From Candidatus Udaeobacter sp. (lineage in GTDB: Bacteria > Patescibacteriota > Patescibacteriia > Magasanikbacterales > GWA2-37-8), in the NCBI GenBank assembly GCA_035473115.1, contig DATION010000006.1, positions 64,521-128,520 of the forward strand: 64,000 nucleotides of DNA, read 5' to 3'. The notes under the pieces were generated by a model. That model was not told where the DNA came from and did no database searches. It saw only the letters and a list, made by a program, of their open reading frames with translations. Every line of letters begins with the position of its first letter. The first letter of the stretch is position 1. The position numbers and the translations under genes were made by a program. This document shows positions 21,627 to 30,865 of the stretch, piece after piece.

Positions 21627-24600
21627 ATGTTGAAAAGAAAAAAAATACTCCTTTCTTTGTTAATAATAGTGGCAGCACTTAGTTTTTTAGTTTATCAAAA
21701 AGTCAGAGCTGCCAATGCCCCGGCTCTTAAAGAAGGAACTTATTTAACTGGCCAAACTCTAAGCGTCTGGCCATCATGGTCATTACTGAGCAATGCTCTT
21801 GGAGTTACTTTACCAACAGATCCTATCAATCAACTGGCTACAGCTGGGACTTGTGCCACTACTACCAACAGATTTTGTACAGCCGATAATCAGTGTCCGG
21901 CTGGTGAAGCCTGTGTTTTGCATGATCCGGAAACTGGCTGGAGTGTAGCTGATAGACGTTTTACCTTTGCTTGTTCCAAAGATTCTTATGCTTATCGCTA
22001 TTTTGCTTCCACCACGCCCGGCGCTTTTACAGTACGAGCTCACTTTGAAGATCCGGGGATTGCTCCGGGTAATTTCAATAGTTTTGTAGCCAGTTTTGTC
22101 AGTACTAGCATTGTTAAAATAAATGACAGCAGCGGTATCTGTAATTTTGATCAGGAAATTTCTTCTATCCAATCCGGTACTTGCGGCGATGGCAAATTAA
22201 ATTTAAACAAAGGCGAGCAATGTGACCCTCCGGGCAGAATTGAATACGCTAATGGCTGTGTGGGCAGTATTAAAAATTTAAATGTTTGCAGTAAAACTTG
22301 CCAGTGGACTCCATCTACAACGTTATGCAGTAATTTAAGTAAATGCGGCAACGGCTCGGTAGAGTTCGGAGAAACTTGCGATGACGGAAATTTAAATGGA
22401 AAGTATAATCACTGCAATACAACTTGTAATGGTGTTAGCGCTCTCGGAAAATGCGGCGACAACGTTTTGCAATCAGCTTATGAAGTTTGCGATCCGGGTA
22501 CACCGGGAAAAGAAAAGTATGCCACCAGTAAAGCAGCTTCTTGTAGTTGGGATTGTCAGAGTTTTGGCCCATACTGCGACGATAATACTGTTCAGTCTTC
22601 ATATGGAGAAGAGTGTGATGGTTCCCAAACTTGTTCGATCGATGGTAAACCAGGAACAAGGATTTGCAATGGCTGTTTGAAAAAAGATGATGATGCTGTG
22701 GCTTGGTGGCGCTTTGAGCAGCTAACAACTTCTGGACAAACAGGCCAGACAACTGATGGATCTATAAATGGTAATACTGCAACTTGCAGTATGGCAACTT
22801 GTCCTACAGTAGACAATGGAAAGTATGGTCATGATTTCATTTTTTCTAAAAATTCCGGCAATAGTAGCAATGCTAATGTAGATTCTTTTGCCGCCAATAA
22901 TGGTGATCCGGTGATAATAGATACTAACCCAGGTCCGTCTGGAAATACAACAAATTTAGTTGATCCTCATTTTTTAACTGTGTCTAATAGCCAGAGTCTT
23001 AATCCAATTAGTTCATTAACTGTTGAAGCCTGGATTTTTCCAACAGATATCAATGCTTTGTACCAGAGAATTATAGAAAAAGGCGGACCAGGAACAGGCA
23101 AAGGTTATGATTTAGAATTTAATTTATCTGCCACAGCTCATACGGTACGCTTTAATTTATGGAATGGAACACAAACTTCAGTAGATTCAAATAGTCAGAT
23201 CCCTCTTAATACCTGGACTCATATAGTTGGTACTTACACCAGAAGCGGCAACTCAAATATTATTAAGATTTATATTAACGGAGTTTTAGAAAATACAGTT
23301 ACAAACAGCAGTGCTGTGCCATCTATGGCCAAAGATGCGGGTAATTTAGCAATTGGCAAATCTGCCACCATTAGTGATAATTTTTTCTTTGGCAGCTTAG
23401 ACGAAGTAAAAATTTATAATCGCGCTTTATTAGCTTCCGAAGTGCAAAATAATTTTCAGAGCGGCTGGTTTTGCGCAGCTACTACTACTCCGGAAAGCTT
23501 GCCTGCCAGTGTTGGTAAATGCGGTGATGGTGTTATAAATATAAATGAAGTCTGTGATTCAGGCACAGGCAGTGTAGTAGATACAATCCCGGGTCCTTTA
23601 GGAACTCCAACAAGTCCGGGTATGTTCTCGATTAATTCAGCCGGCGGTAAAAAAATTACAGTTCATGAAAATGTTATTAGTACTACAGGTTGTTTTTCTG
23701 ATAACGCTACCGGTCGGGCGGCTTGTTCATCTAATTCTTGGGATTATAAAATTCCTTTTGATCAAGCGGGCAAGTATAGAGTTAAGTTTATTACTTCTAA
23801 TTACACTCAAAACTTAACTAGTAGTTCGTTTTCTAATGACCACTCCGAAGCTTTTTGTTCAGCTCCGGGTATTCAGCATCATATTGTAGTTTCTTTAGAC
23901 GGTGTAAAAGTAGGGGAGGACTGTGTGAATGCGGATTCTGCTCCTCAACATAGCCAGGCTTTTGATTTCAATATTAATTCATCAGGAAATCACACCTTAT
24001 CATTAGCTTGGGATAATGACTGGTATGCTCCTAATTTTTATGGCCCTAACTCAGCTGCTGATTCAAATATAAATATAAATAAAATTGAATTGATTCAAGG
24101 TGTCAGTAATGGCGAGCCTTGTGTACCAACTTATGGAAAGCCATGTGCTTATTGCGCAGCTGATTGTCAAAACACTATTGATGTTCAGCCTTTGCAGTAC
24201 TGCGGCAATGGAATTATTGAAGGCTCAGAAAGATGTGAAGTGGCCAATAATTTTATTTATAGCCCCACTTCTACTCCTGGTCGCACTGTGTCCACAAAAG
24301 ATGCGGCTTATAATGGCTACCGAGAATTAGCTTGCGCCAATGAGCCGGCTGCGCCTCATACTATAAATAAGGGTATCAAAACTTGCGCTAGCTGTGCTGC
24401 GGGCGTAGTTAGAAATTGTGTCAAATGTGGTCCTGATGTTAATGGCGTAAAAGTAAATGGCGGCATAATAAATGTTTTAGATAATCCGATCATAGATAAG
24501 GCTAGCAGTATTTCTCAAGATCCTCTTTTTATTAAAAAAGTTGCTGCTGGCGTTGGGCTTAGTTTGTCAGTCAGTTTATGCAAAAGCCCGGCTGGAGCAT

Positions 24601-26111
24601 TATTATGTTCAAGTTTAGTTGATCCGTTGTCGCCACTAGTGGCAGTTGCTCTAAAAAATATTAACTCAGATCCAATTTCTTATGTTCTGGGTGATTTACC
24701 AAGTAGTGGAGCCAATCCGGCGCTGCTTAGCAGTGATCCGGTATGTTCTGTCAGCGACACCTTTAATGATAAGTACCAGCTATATGTTAACAGCGATTGG
24801 ACTCGGCCATTAAATTTCCCGGTAGTGGCCGAACCGCAATCTTCACAGTATGATTTAGTTTTATCACCGGTTGTTTCTAAGACCAATCGTCCAAAAGATT
24901 TGCGAGTAGTGGTAAGCTGGATTGGTTCCGGTGATCTTTATAGTGGAGTTTTAAATCCATTTTTACCTAATCCGCAAACTGTTCCGCCAACTAGTCCGCA
25001 AATAGAAGGCGCTAACTTTTATGATGGTTCATCTTATCAATATGCTACAGGCGTAAATTATTATAATTCTCCGGATATCTTTAAAAAATTTGCTGTTTGG
25101 TATCATGGTTTTAATTTTACACCTGGCCAGACTATGAGTGAGGCTTTTACCCTTGATACTTCAGCTATGTCCGGCAATACCTATTCTTTTTATGTTCGTT
25201 CTCCAAGTTTCCCAATCAGAATCTTTAGAGGCACAGCCAAATTAAAAGCAGAGGTTTATTTGCCGGAAGATGATAATAATCAATATCATTTTGGCACGCC
25301 ACTAAAGACCTATTATCTTTCTTTTGCGACCCCTTCGGATAATCAAAATGCTCGTTATTGGCAAGTGTTTAATGTCAACCAACCACTACCATCTGCAGGT
25401 TTGGCAGCCTCAGATATTTTAGATATCAATGCCATAGTAAGCAGTCCGGATCGTTTTGTCTATAATAATCCGCTTATTCCTAATGCTACCTGCACAGACC
25501 TGGATTGGAGCAGATCGCCAAGCGCCACTCCTGCTTGCCCTGCATCCGGTTCATGGACTTATAACTGGACAAAGATAACCAATTGTGTCAATGGAGTAAA
25601 GCACCCGCCTGTAGAAGTGATAGCTTGTCCGATTTGCACAGCTGCTGACTGGGTCAGATCTCCGGCTACCAATCCGCCTACCTGTCCGCCATCCGGAGCT
25701 TGGACAATTAATTGGACAAAGATAGGAAATTGTACGGCTGGAGTTCAACATCAGCCTGTAGAAACTATTGGCTGCAAGCCATGCACAGATGCTGACTGGA
25801 CCAGTAGCCCTACCTATAATTCTAATTGTACTCAAGTTGGCACTGTTGTTTATACTTGGACAAAGATAGGGCAGTGCACTGGCGGTGTAACACATGTATC
25901 GCCTCAATCAGTTACCTGCAGAGCTTGTACAGGGGCTGATTATCAGAGATTCCCTGCCGTTGATCCGCCGTGTATTGAGCCGGAAGGTTGGCCAGTTACA
26001 TGGGTAAAAACAGCGAATTGTGCGGATGTAAATCGTCCTGTAGATTTATTTTGTAATTGCATACCAGATGAAAATGCGAGAAGGTATATTGTCAGATGTA
26101 GAGCAAATTAA
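21627..26111 (+). CDS. Giant surface protein 3 (~1494 aa): signal peptide, Cys-rich repeats, LamG/ConA-like domain, novel C-terminal Cys/Trp repeats
   Basis: MLKRKKILLSLLIIVAALSFLV signal/anchor. CGNGSVEFGETCDDGN-type repeats. LTVEAWIFPTD...WTHIVGTY...IKIYINGVLE matches the laminin-G_3 jelly-roll. Four ~41-aa repeats fill the last ~190 aa. Confidence 0.85.
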   Translation: MLKRKKILLSLLIIVAALSFLVYQKVRAANAPALKEGTYLTGQTLSVWPSWSLLSNALGVTLPTDPINQLATAGTCATTTNRFCTADNQCPAGEACVLHDPETGWSVADRRFTFACSKDSYAYRYFASTTPGAFTVRAHFEDPGIAPGNFNSFVASFVSTSIVKINDSSGICNFDQEISSIQSGTCGDGKLNLNKGEQCDPPGRIEYANGCVGSIKNLNVCSKTCQWTPSTTLCSNLSKCGNGSVEFGETCDDGNLNGKYNHCNTTCNGVSALGKCGDNVLQSAYEVCDPGTPGKEKYATSKAASCSWDCQSFGPYCDDNTVQSSYGEECDGSQTCSIDGKPGTRICNGCLKKDDDAVAWWRFEQLTTSGQTGQTTDGSINGNTATCSMATCPTVDNGKYGHDFIFSKNSGNSSNANVDSFAANNGDPVIIDTNPGPSGNTTNLVDPHFLTVSNSQSLNPISSLTVEAWIFPTDINALYQRIIEKGGPGTGKGYDLEFNLSATAHTVRFNLWNGTQTSVDSNSQIPLNTWTHIVGTYTRSGNSNIIKIYINGVLENTVTNSSAVPSMAKDAGNLAIGKSATISDNFFFGSLDEVKIYNRALLASEVQNNFQSGWFCAATTTPESLPASVGKCGDGVININEVCDSGTGSVVDTIPGPLGTPTSPGMFSINSAGGKKITVHENVISTTGCFSDNATGRAACSSNSWDYKIPFDQAGKYRVKFITSNYTQNLTSSSFSNDHSEAFCSAPGIQHHIVVSLDGVKVGEDCVNADSAPQHSQAFDFNINSSGNHTLSLAWDNDWYAPNFYGPNSAADSNININKIELIQGVSNGEPCVPTYGKPCAYCAADCQNTIDVQPLQYCGNGIIEGSERCEVANNFIYSPTSTPGRTVSTKDAAYNGYRELACANEPAAPHTINKGIKTCASCAAGVVRNCVKCGPDVNGVKVNGGIINVLDNPIIDKASSISQDPLFIKKVAAGVGLSLSVSLCKSPAGALLCSSLVDPLSPLVAVALKNINSDPISYVLGDLPSSGANPALLSSDPVCSVSDTFNDKYQLYVNSDWTRPLNFPVVAEPQSSQYDLVLSPVVSKTNRPKDLRVVVSWIGSGDLYSGVLNPFLPNPQTVPPTSPQIEGANFYDGSSYQYATGVNYYNSPDIFKKFAVWYHGFNFTPGQTMSEAFTLDTSAMSGNTYSFYVRSPSFPIRIFRGTAKLKAEVYLPEDDNNQYHFGTPLKTYYLSFATPSDNQNARYWQVFNVNQPLPSAGLAASDILDINAIVSSPDRFVYNNPLIPNATCTDLDWSRSPSATPACPASGSWTYNWTKITNCVNGVKHPPVEVIACPICTAADWVRSPATNPPTCPPSGAWTINWTKIGNCTAGVQHQPVETIGCKPCTDADWTSSPTYNSNCTQVGTVVYTWTKIGQCTGGVTHVSPQSVTCRACTGADYQRFPAVDPPCIEPEGWPVTWVKTANCADVNRPVDLFCNCIPDENARRYIVRCRAN

Positions 26112-26127
26112 TTTGTAAAAATAAAAT

Positions 26128-26523
26128 ATGGGAGTAAGTAAAAAAATTATAATTTTATTAGTTATTATCTTGCTGATCGGAGCTGGTTTCTTTGCTTATA
26201 AAATATTTTATCCACTACTAATCGGCAAAAAAATATCAGTCCCATTACCAGCGCCTACTCAGCAACAAATAAGAGAACAAGAGTTTGGCGAAGCTATAAA
26301 GAAAGCAGCTGCTTCTGACCAAGATCTGGATGGAATTTCTGATACTGAAGAAACGACAAAATATAAAACAGATCCGATGTCTGCAGATACAGATAATGAC
26401 GGCTTAACGGATTATCAGGAAATTTTTGTTTTTAAAACCGATCCTTTAAAAGCAGATTCCGATGGCGATAGTTTTAATGATGGTTATGAAGTTCGTCGCG
26501 GGACAAACCCTAATAAAGTCTAA
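26128..26523 (+). CDS. Small membrane-anchored protein with DxDxDG Ca2+-binding repeats (TSP type-3 / dockerin-like)
   Basis: N-terminal TM helix, then DQDLDGISDTEE, DTDNDGLTDYQE and DSDGDSFNDGYE. Confidence 0.7.
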   Translation: MGVSKKIIILLVIILLIGAGFFAYKIFYPLLIGKKISVPLPAPTQQQIREQEFGEAIKKAAASDQDLDGISDTEETTKYKTDPMSADTDNDGLTDYQEIFVFKTDPLKADSDGDSFNDGYEVRRGTNPNKV

Positions 26524-26550
26524 GCTTTATCATTCATTTTTGTAAATTGT

Positions 26551-27405
26551 ATGTTTGACGATCAAATGCAAAACTCGGGAACGCCTAAAAATTTACCGGT
26601 TGAGCCAACGGATATATTTGCTGGTGTGGAAAAAGATGGCGGCATATCGCCAATGACGCAAACACCAGATGCTTTGGCCGCCGGCTTGTTAAAGAAAAAA
26701 ACTGAACCTGCTAGTTCGCCATACGCATCAGTAGAAAATAATGGAATGATTTTTCAAAATGACAGCAAACTAAGCGCTCCAACAGTAGGAAAAATATTTT
26801 TATTTTTAGCAGCTTTCTTATTGCTAGGCGGTTTATTTTACGGCGGTTGGCGTTTTTATCAGAGCAAAAATGTTTCACCAGTTAATAATGTGCCGGCAGT
26901 TTCGCCAGTCAGTCAGCAGCCGGCTAACCAAAGTCCTGTTCCGCAAACTGTTAATAATACTACTAGCATAGCCGCCAGCAGCTCTCCTTCAACCAGTATT
27001 CCGGCGCAAATTAACAACGATCAAATTTTGTTTGGTCAAGGAGTAGATCGTGATAAAGATGGGTTAGATGACGTACGCGAAAAACAGTTAGGAACTGATC
27101 CTTTAAAATCAGACACAGATGGTGATGGTCTAAGCGATGGAGATGAAGTCATTATCTATAAAACTAATCCATTAGTTGCCGATACTGACGGAGACGGATT
27201 AAGTGATGGTGATGAAGCGCTAATTTGGCATTCTAATCCTTTAAATAAAGATACCGACGGTGACAGTTATCTTGATGGAGAAGAGATCAGAAATGGTTAT
27301 AGCCCAATCGGACCAGGCAAACTTTTTAGCAGTTCTTCTACAGCTTCCGGCAATACTACTTCTACACCTGGTGGAAAAAGCACATCATCAAGCCTTAAAA
27401 AATAA
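26551..27405 (+). CDS. Membrane-anchored protein with DxDxDG Ca2+-binding repeats (paralog 2)
   Basis: TM helix at about aa 80-100, a low-complexity S/P/N linker, then DRDKDGLDD, DTDGDGLSDGDE (x2) and DTDGDSYLDGEE. Confidence 0.7.
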   Translation: MFDDQMQNSGTPKNLPVEPTDIFAGVEKDGGISPMTQTPDALAAGLLKKKTEPASSPYASVENNGMIFQNDSKLSAPTVGKIFLFLAAFLLLGGLFYGGWRFYQSKNVSPVNNVPAVSPVSQQPANQSPVPQTVNNTTSIAASSSPSTSIPAQINNDQILFGQGVDRDKDGLDDVREKQLGTDPLKSDTDGDGLSDGDEVIIYKTNPLVADTDGDGLSDGDEALIWHSNPLNKDTDGDSYLDGEEIRNGYSPIGPGKLFSSSSTASGNTTSTPGGKSTSSSLKK

Positions 27406-27407
27406 TT

Positions 27408-28574
27408 ATGTTTGGAAAAAAAACAGGAATTGATTCTGAGAAAGATCTAGCGGGTCATTCACAGGCTGGGGATAGGAGTACTATCAATGTACAGACAATC
27501 CCGGCTGATTTTTATGGCGGAGTTAACCCGGTAGTTAAGTTCAAAAAAGTTGAAAAGGAAATAGCTTTAGGCTCAAAACCAAAGTTGACTGATTCAGAAA
27601 AGAAAATTTTTGATCAAAGTACTGCCGCGGGCAGCGGTTCAATTTTGCATCCGGCCAATATTTTTACTAGCAAAAAATATGCTTGGCTCGTTGGGTCCGG
27701 ACTTTTTATAGTGATTTTAGCCGGTGTTGGCGGGTATTATTATTGGCAGATTAAACAGCAGCAAACAAAAATTTTTTCTCCGCCTCAGCCTAAAATTAGT
27801 GTTACGACTTCCACAGAGTCTGTTCCGGAAACTGTTGTCGCCACAGATCAGCCGGTAGTTTCTCCAACCACCACTTTACCATCTTTGGCCGAAGCGCCAA
27901 TTGAATTTCCTTCATCTTTATTAGGGGATAGTCCGGATTTGGATAAAGATAATCTAACCGACGCGACGGAAGAATTGTTTGGTTCCGATCCAAGTAAATC
28001 AGATACTGATGAGGATACTTATAACGATGGGCATGAAGTTTTTTATTTATATAACCCGGTCGGCAAAGAGCCAAAAAAGGTTATTGATTCAGGCTATATC
28101 AAAGACTACGGCAATCCGTTGCTGGGTTATAAAATTTTTTATCCGGCAACTTGGGCTGTAGGCAATACAGATGAAACCTATCGTGATGTTTTATTTAGTT
28201 CTATAACCGGTGAAAATATAGAAGTAAGAGTCTTTGACAAGCAGCCAAACCAAACATTTTCTGATTGGTTTGCTTTGTACGCTCCAAACGAACGCTACCA
28301 AAATTTGGTTGATTTTCAAACCAGATTCGGAGAAAAGGGCAAGAGTCGAACTGATAATTTAGTTTATTATTTTACCGATAATAACCATGTGTATGTTTTG
28401 GTTTATCACACCACAGATTCTAACACGGTTAATTTTCGATCGGTTATGGTTATGATAGCTAGAAGTTTTAGATCAGCCGGGTTCGTGCCTTTAGAAAATT
28501 TAACACCGCCAAGTCAGGAAGCTAATTTGCCAGACGAAATGCCGTCAGCTGTGGTGAGCTCTAGTCTTAAATAG
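27408..28574 (+). CDS. Membrane-anchored protein with DxDxDG Ca2+-binding repeats plus a C-terminal globular domain (paralog 3)
   Basis: TM helix (AWLVGSGLFIVILAGVGGYYYW), then DLDKDNLTDATEE and DTDEDTYNDGHE, then an unassigned ~170-aa domain. Confidence 0.7.
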   Translation: MFGKKTGIDSEKDLAGHSQAGDRSTINVQTIPADFYGGVNPVVKFKKVEKEIALGSKPKLTDSEKKIFDQSTAAGSGSILHPANIFTSKKYAWLVGSGLFIVILAGVGGYYYWQIKQQQTKIFSPPQPKISVTTSTESVPETVVATDQPVVSPTTTLPSLAEAPIEFPSSLLGDSPDLDKDNLTDATEELFGSDPSKSDTDEDTYNDGHEVFYLYNPVGKEPKKVIDSGYIKDYGNPLLGYKIFYPATWAVGNTDETYRDVLFSSITGENIEVRVFDKQPNQTFSDWFALYAPNERYQNLVDFQTRFGEKGKSRTDNLVYYFTDNNHVYVLVYHTTDSNTVNFRSVMVMIARSFRSAGFVPLENLTPPSQEANLPDEMPSAVVSSSLK

Positions 28575-28579
28575 TCCTT

Positions 28580-29032
28580 ATGTTATCAATAGATTTTAAT
28601 AAACGGGTGCGTTGTTCATGGGCTAGAAAAGATATCGAAGCTATATTTAAAATAATTCAGAAGAAAGTAAAAATTAATTCTGCTAAAAATAATAAATCCG
28701 AGCCAATAGAATTAGAAATTAATATTGTTGATGATAAAGAAATTAAGGATTTAAATTTTAGATACAGAGGATTAAAAAAAGTTACCGATGTGCTTTCTTT
28801 TGCTTGGCAAGAAGATGGAATTATCAAAACTGATAGTCTGGGGCAGATATATATATGTTATCCGCAGATTGTGCGTCAGGCCAAAGAGCTGTCCATTAAA
28901 TCCAAAGAAGAATTTGTGAGAATGTTGGCGCATGGATTTTTACATATCATCGGCTATGATCATGTAAAAAAGAAGGATGCTGTTATAATGTTTGGAATTC
29001 AGGAAGAAATCGTCGCTGAATATTTTGCTTAA
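28580..29032 (+). CDS. ybeY: rRNA maturation endoribonuclease YbeY
   Basis: HGFLHIIGYDH metal-binding motif, about 150 aa. Confidence 0.85.
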   Translation: MLSIDFNKRVRCSWARKDIEAIFKIIQKKVKINSAKNNKSEPIELEINIVDDKEIKDLNFRYRGLKKVTDVLSFAWQEDGIIKTDSLGQIYICYPQIVRQAKELSIKSKEEFVRMLAHGFLHIIGYDHVKKKDAVIMFGIQEEIVAEYFA

Positions 29033-29041
29033 GAAGTTATT

Positions 29042-29407
29042 ATGTCTTTGCAGAGATTGGTAAAAAGTTTTGTGAACGCCATGCGTGGTTTAAAGCATGT
29101 TTTTAAGTCTGAGCAAAATTTTAGAATTCAGACAGTAGTCGGCCTGTTTGTTTTAATTGCCGCTTTTTATCTGCCGCTACGCAATTGGGAAGTGATTCTA
29201 GTTGTTTTACTAGTCTTATTAGTTTTGTTAGTAGAGATTTTAAATACTGTTTTTGAATATTTTAGCGATTTGCTTAAACCACGCCTGAATAGTTATGTCA
29301 GAATAATTAAAGATATTATGGCTGGAGCGGTCTTGCTGACGTCGATTGTTGCTTTAGTTATCGGAACGATAATTTTCTGGCCATACTTGGAAAATATCCT
29401 AAAATAG
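29042..29407 (+). CDS. dgkA: Diacylglycerol kinase / undecaprenol kinase family (DgkA)
   Basis: Three TM helices. VEILNTVFE resembles the DgkA core VEILNSAIE. Confidence 0.8.
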   Translation: MSLQRLVKSFVNAMRGLKHVFKSEQNFRIQTVVGLFVLIAAFYLPLRNWEVILVVLLVLLVLLVEILNTVFEYFSDLLKPRLNSYVRIIKDIMAGAVLLTSIVALVIGTIIFWPYLENILK

Positions 29408-29456
29408 TGCTATAATATGATAAATTTCTAGCAGCTGCTTTAGAGGGTAGATTTTA

Positions 29457-30725
29457 TTGCTTCAATGTTATATGAAAAATGGTCAAGGAAATTTAATTAG
29501 CGGCTTGGACATCGGATCAAATTCGGTGCGGATTGTGGTTGGCCAGCTGCAGGAAAAAGAAAATGGTAGTTCAGAACTGCAGATTTTGGGTGCGGCGGAG
29601 TTTTCTTCCGAGGGAGTGCAGAAGGGTGTCGTTAGCAGTATTGAAGACGTGGTTTCTTCTATCTCTGCGTGTTTAGAGAGAGTAGAGCGTATGGTGGGCG
29701 CGCCGGTAGATAGTGTTTGGGTAGGAATATCAGGCGTTAATATTTTATCTCAAAATAGCAAGGGCGTAGTAGCTGTTTCTAAAGCTAACAGTGAAATAAC
29801 CGAAGAAGATGTTAATCGAGCTGTGGAAGCGGCTAGATCAATTGCTACACCCTTAAATTACGAAGTTCTTCATGTTTTACCGCGGCATTACACTGTTGAT
29901 GGGCAAGTGGGTATAAAAGATCCGGTTTCTATGACTGGTATGCGTTTGGAAGTTGACACTCAGATAATCCTTGGTTCGTCTTCACAAATAAAAAATTTAA
30001 CTAAGGCTGTTTATCGAGCCGGTTTAGATATTGAAGATTTAGTTTTATTTATCCTTGCTACCGCCGAAGTGGCCGTTACTAAACGGCAAAAAGAGCTGGG
30101 AGTAATGGTGGTCAATTTAGGTGGATCCACAACCGGTATGGCTGTATTTGAAGAAGGCGAGCTACTGCACACGGCGATTTTGCCGATAGGTTCTCAAAAT
30201 ATTACCAATGATATCGCTATGGGGTTACGGGTTCCGCCGGAAGAAATTGCTGAACGAATAAAAATAGAATATGGTGATTGCCATCCCGATTTAATTTCCA
30301 AAAAAGATGAGATTGATTTGTTTGATGTCGGTTCTGCCGATCATCAAATGGTAAAGAAGAAATTTTTAAATGAAATAATTTCCGCTCGGGTGGAAGAAAT
30401 TTTACAAAAAGTTGATGATGAGTTGCGAAAAATTCAGCGTTCCGGATTATTACCAGCCGGTGTGGTCTTTACCGGCGCTGGTGCCAAGATTCCCGGCCTG
30501 GTAGATCTGGCAAAAAAGGTTTTGCGCTTGCCGGCAAGTTTGGGTTATCCGCTTAATGTGGTCAGTGTTACCGATAAAGTTAATGATTTGGGTTTTGCCA
30601 CGGCAGTTGGGCTGGTGAAGTGGGGAAGCGAAATGCAGGGATTTCATGAGCATAAATCTAGCGGAAAAAATATTAGCGCTGTTTCCGGTCAGGTTAAGAA
30701 GTGGCTAAAAACTCTGATTCCATAA
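29457..30725 (+). CDS. ftsA: Cell division protein FtsA
   Basis: GLDIGSNSVRIVVGQ actin-fold phosphate-1 motif and GGSTTGMAVF phosphate-2. Confidence 0.9.
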   Translation: MLQCYMKNGQGNLISGLDIGSNSVRIVVGQLQEKENGSSELQILGAAEFSSEGVQKGVVSSIEDVVSSISACLERVERMVGAPVDSVWVGISGVNILSQNSKGVVAVSKANSEITEEDVNRAVEAARSIATPLNYEVLHVLPRHYTVDGQVGIKDPVSMTGMRLEVDTQIILGSSSQIKNLTKAVYRAGLDIEDLVLFILATAEVAVTKRQKELGVMVVNLGGSTTGMAVFEEGELLHTAILPIGSQNITNDIAMGLRVPPEEIAERIKIEYGDCHPDLISKKDEIDLFDVGSADHQMVKKKFLNEIISARVEEILQKVDDELRKIQRSGLLPAGVVFTGAGAKIPGLVDLAKKVLRLPASLGYPLNVVSVTDKVNDLGFATAVGLVKWGSEMQGFHEHKSSGKNISAVSGQVKKWLKTLIP

Positions 30726-30865
30726 AACAAATTTTAGCTGTCAAATCTTTCTTGACAGTAAAATTTTTTAAATATAAACTATCTAACGGGGGCAGCTCCG
30801 TTATTTTGTTTAAAAACACTTTGAATACAAAATGTGTTCAATATAAATCAGTAATTTGTATTTGT

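Noticed and set aside
30701-30865. ORF-track start at 30701 for ftsZ
   Set aside because: It would overlap ftsA by 25 nt and read through a hairpin and promoter-like region. The FtsZ homology begins at MPQVKP...IKVIGIGG (30866).
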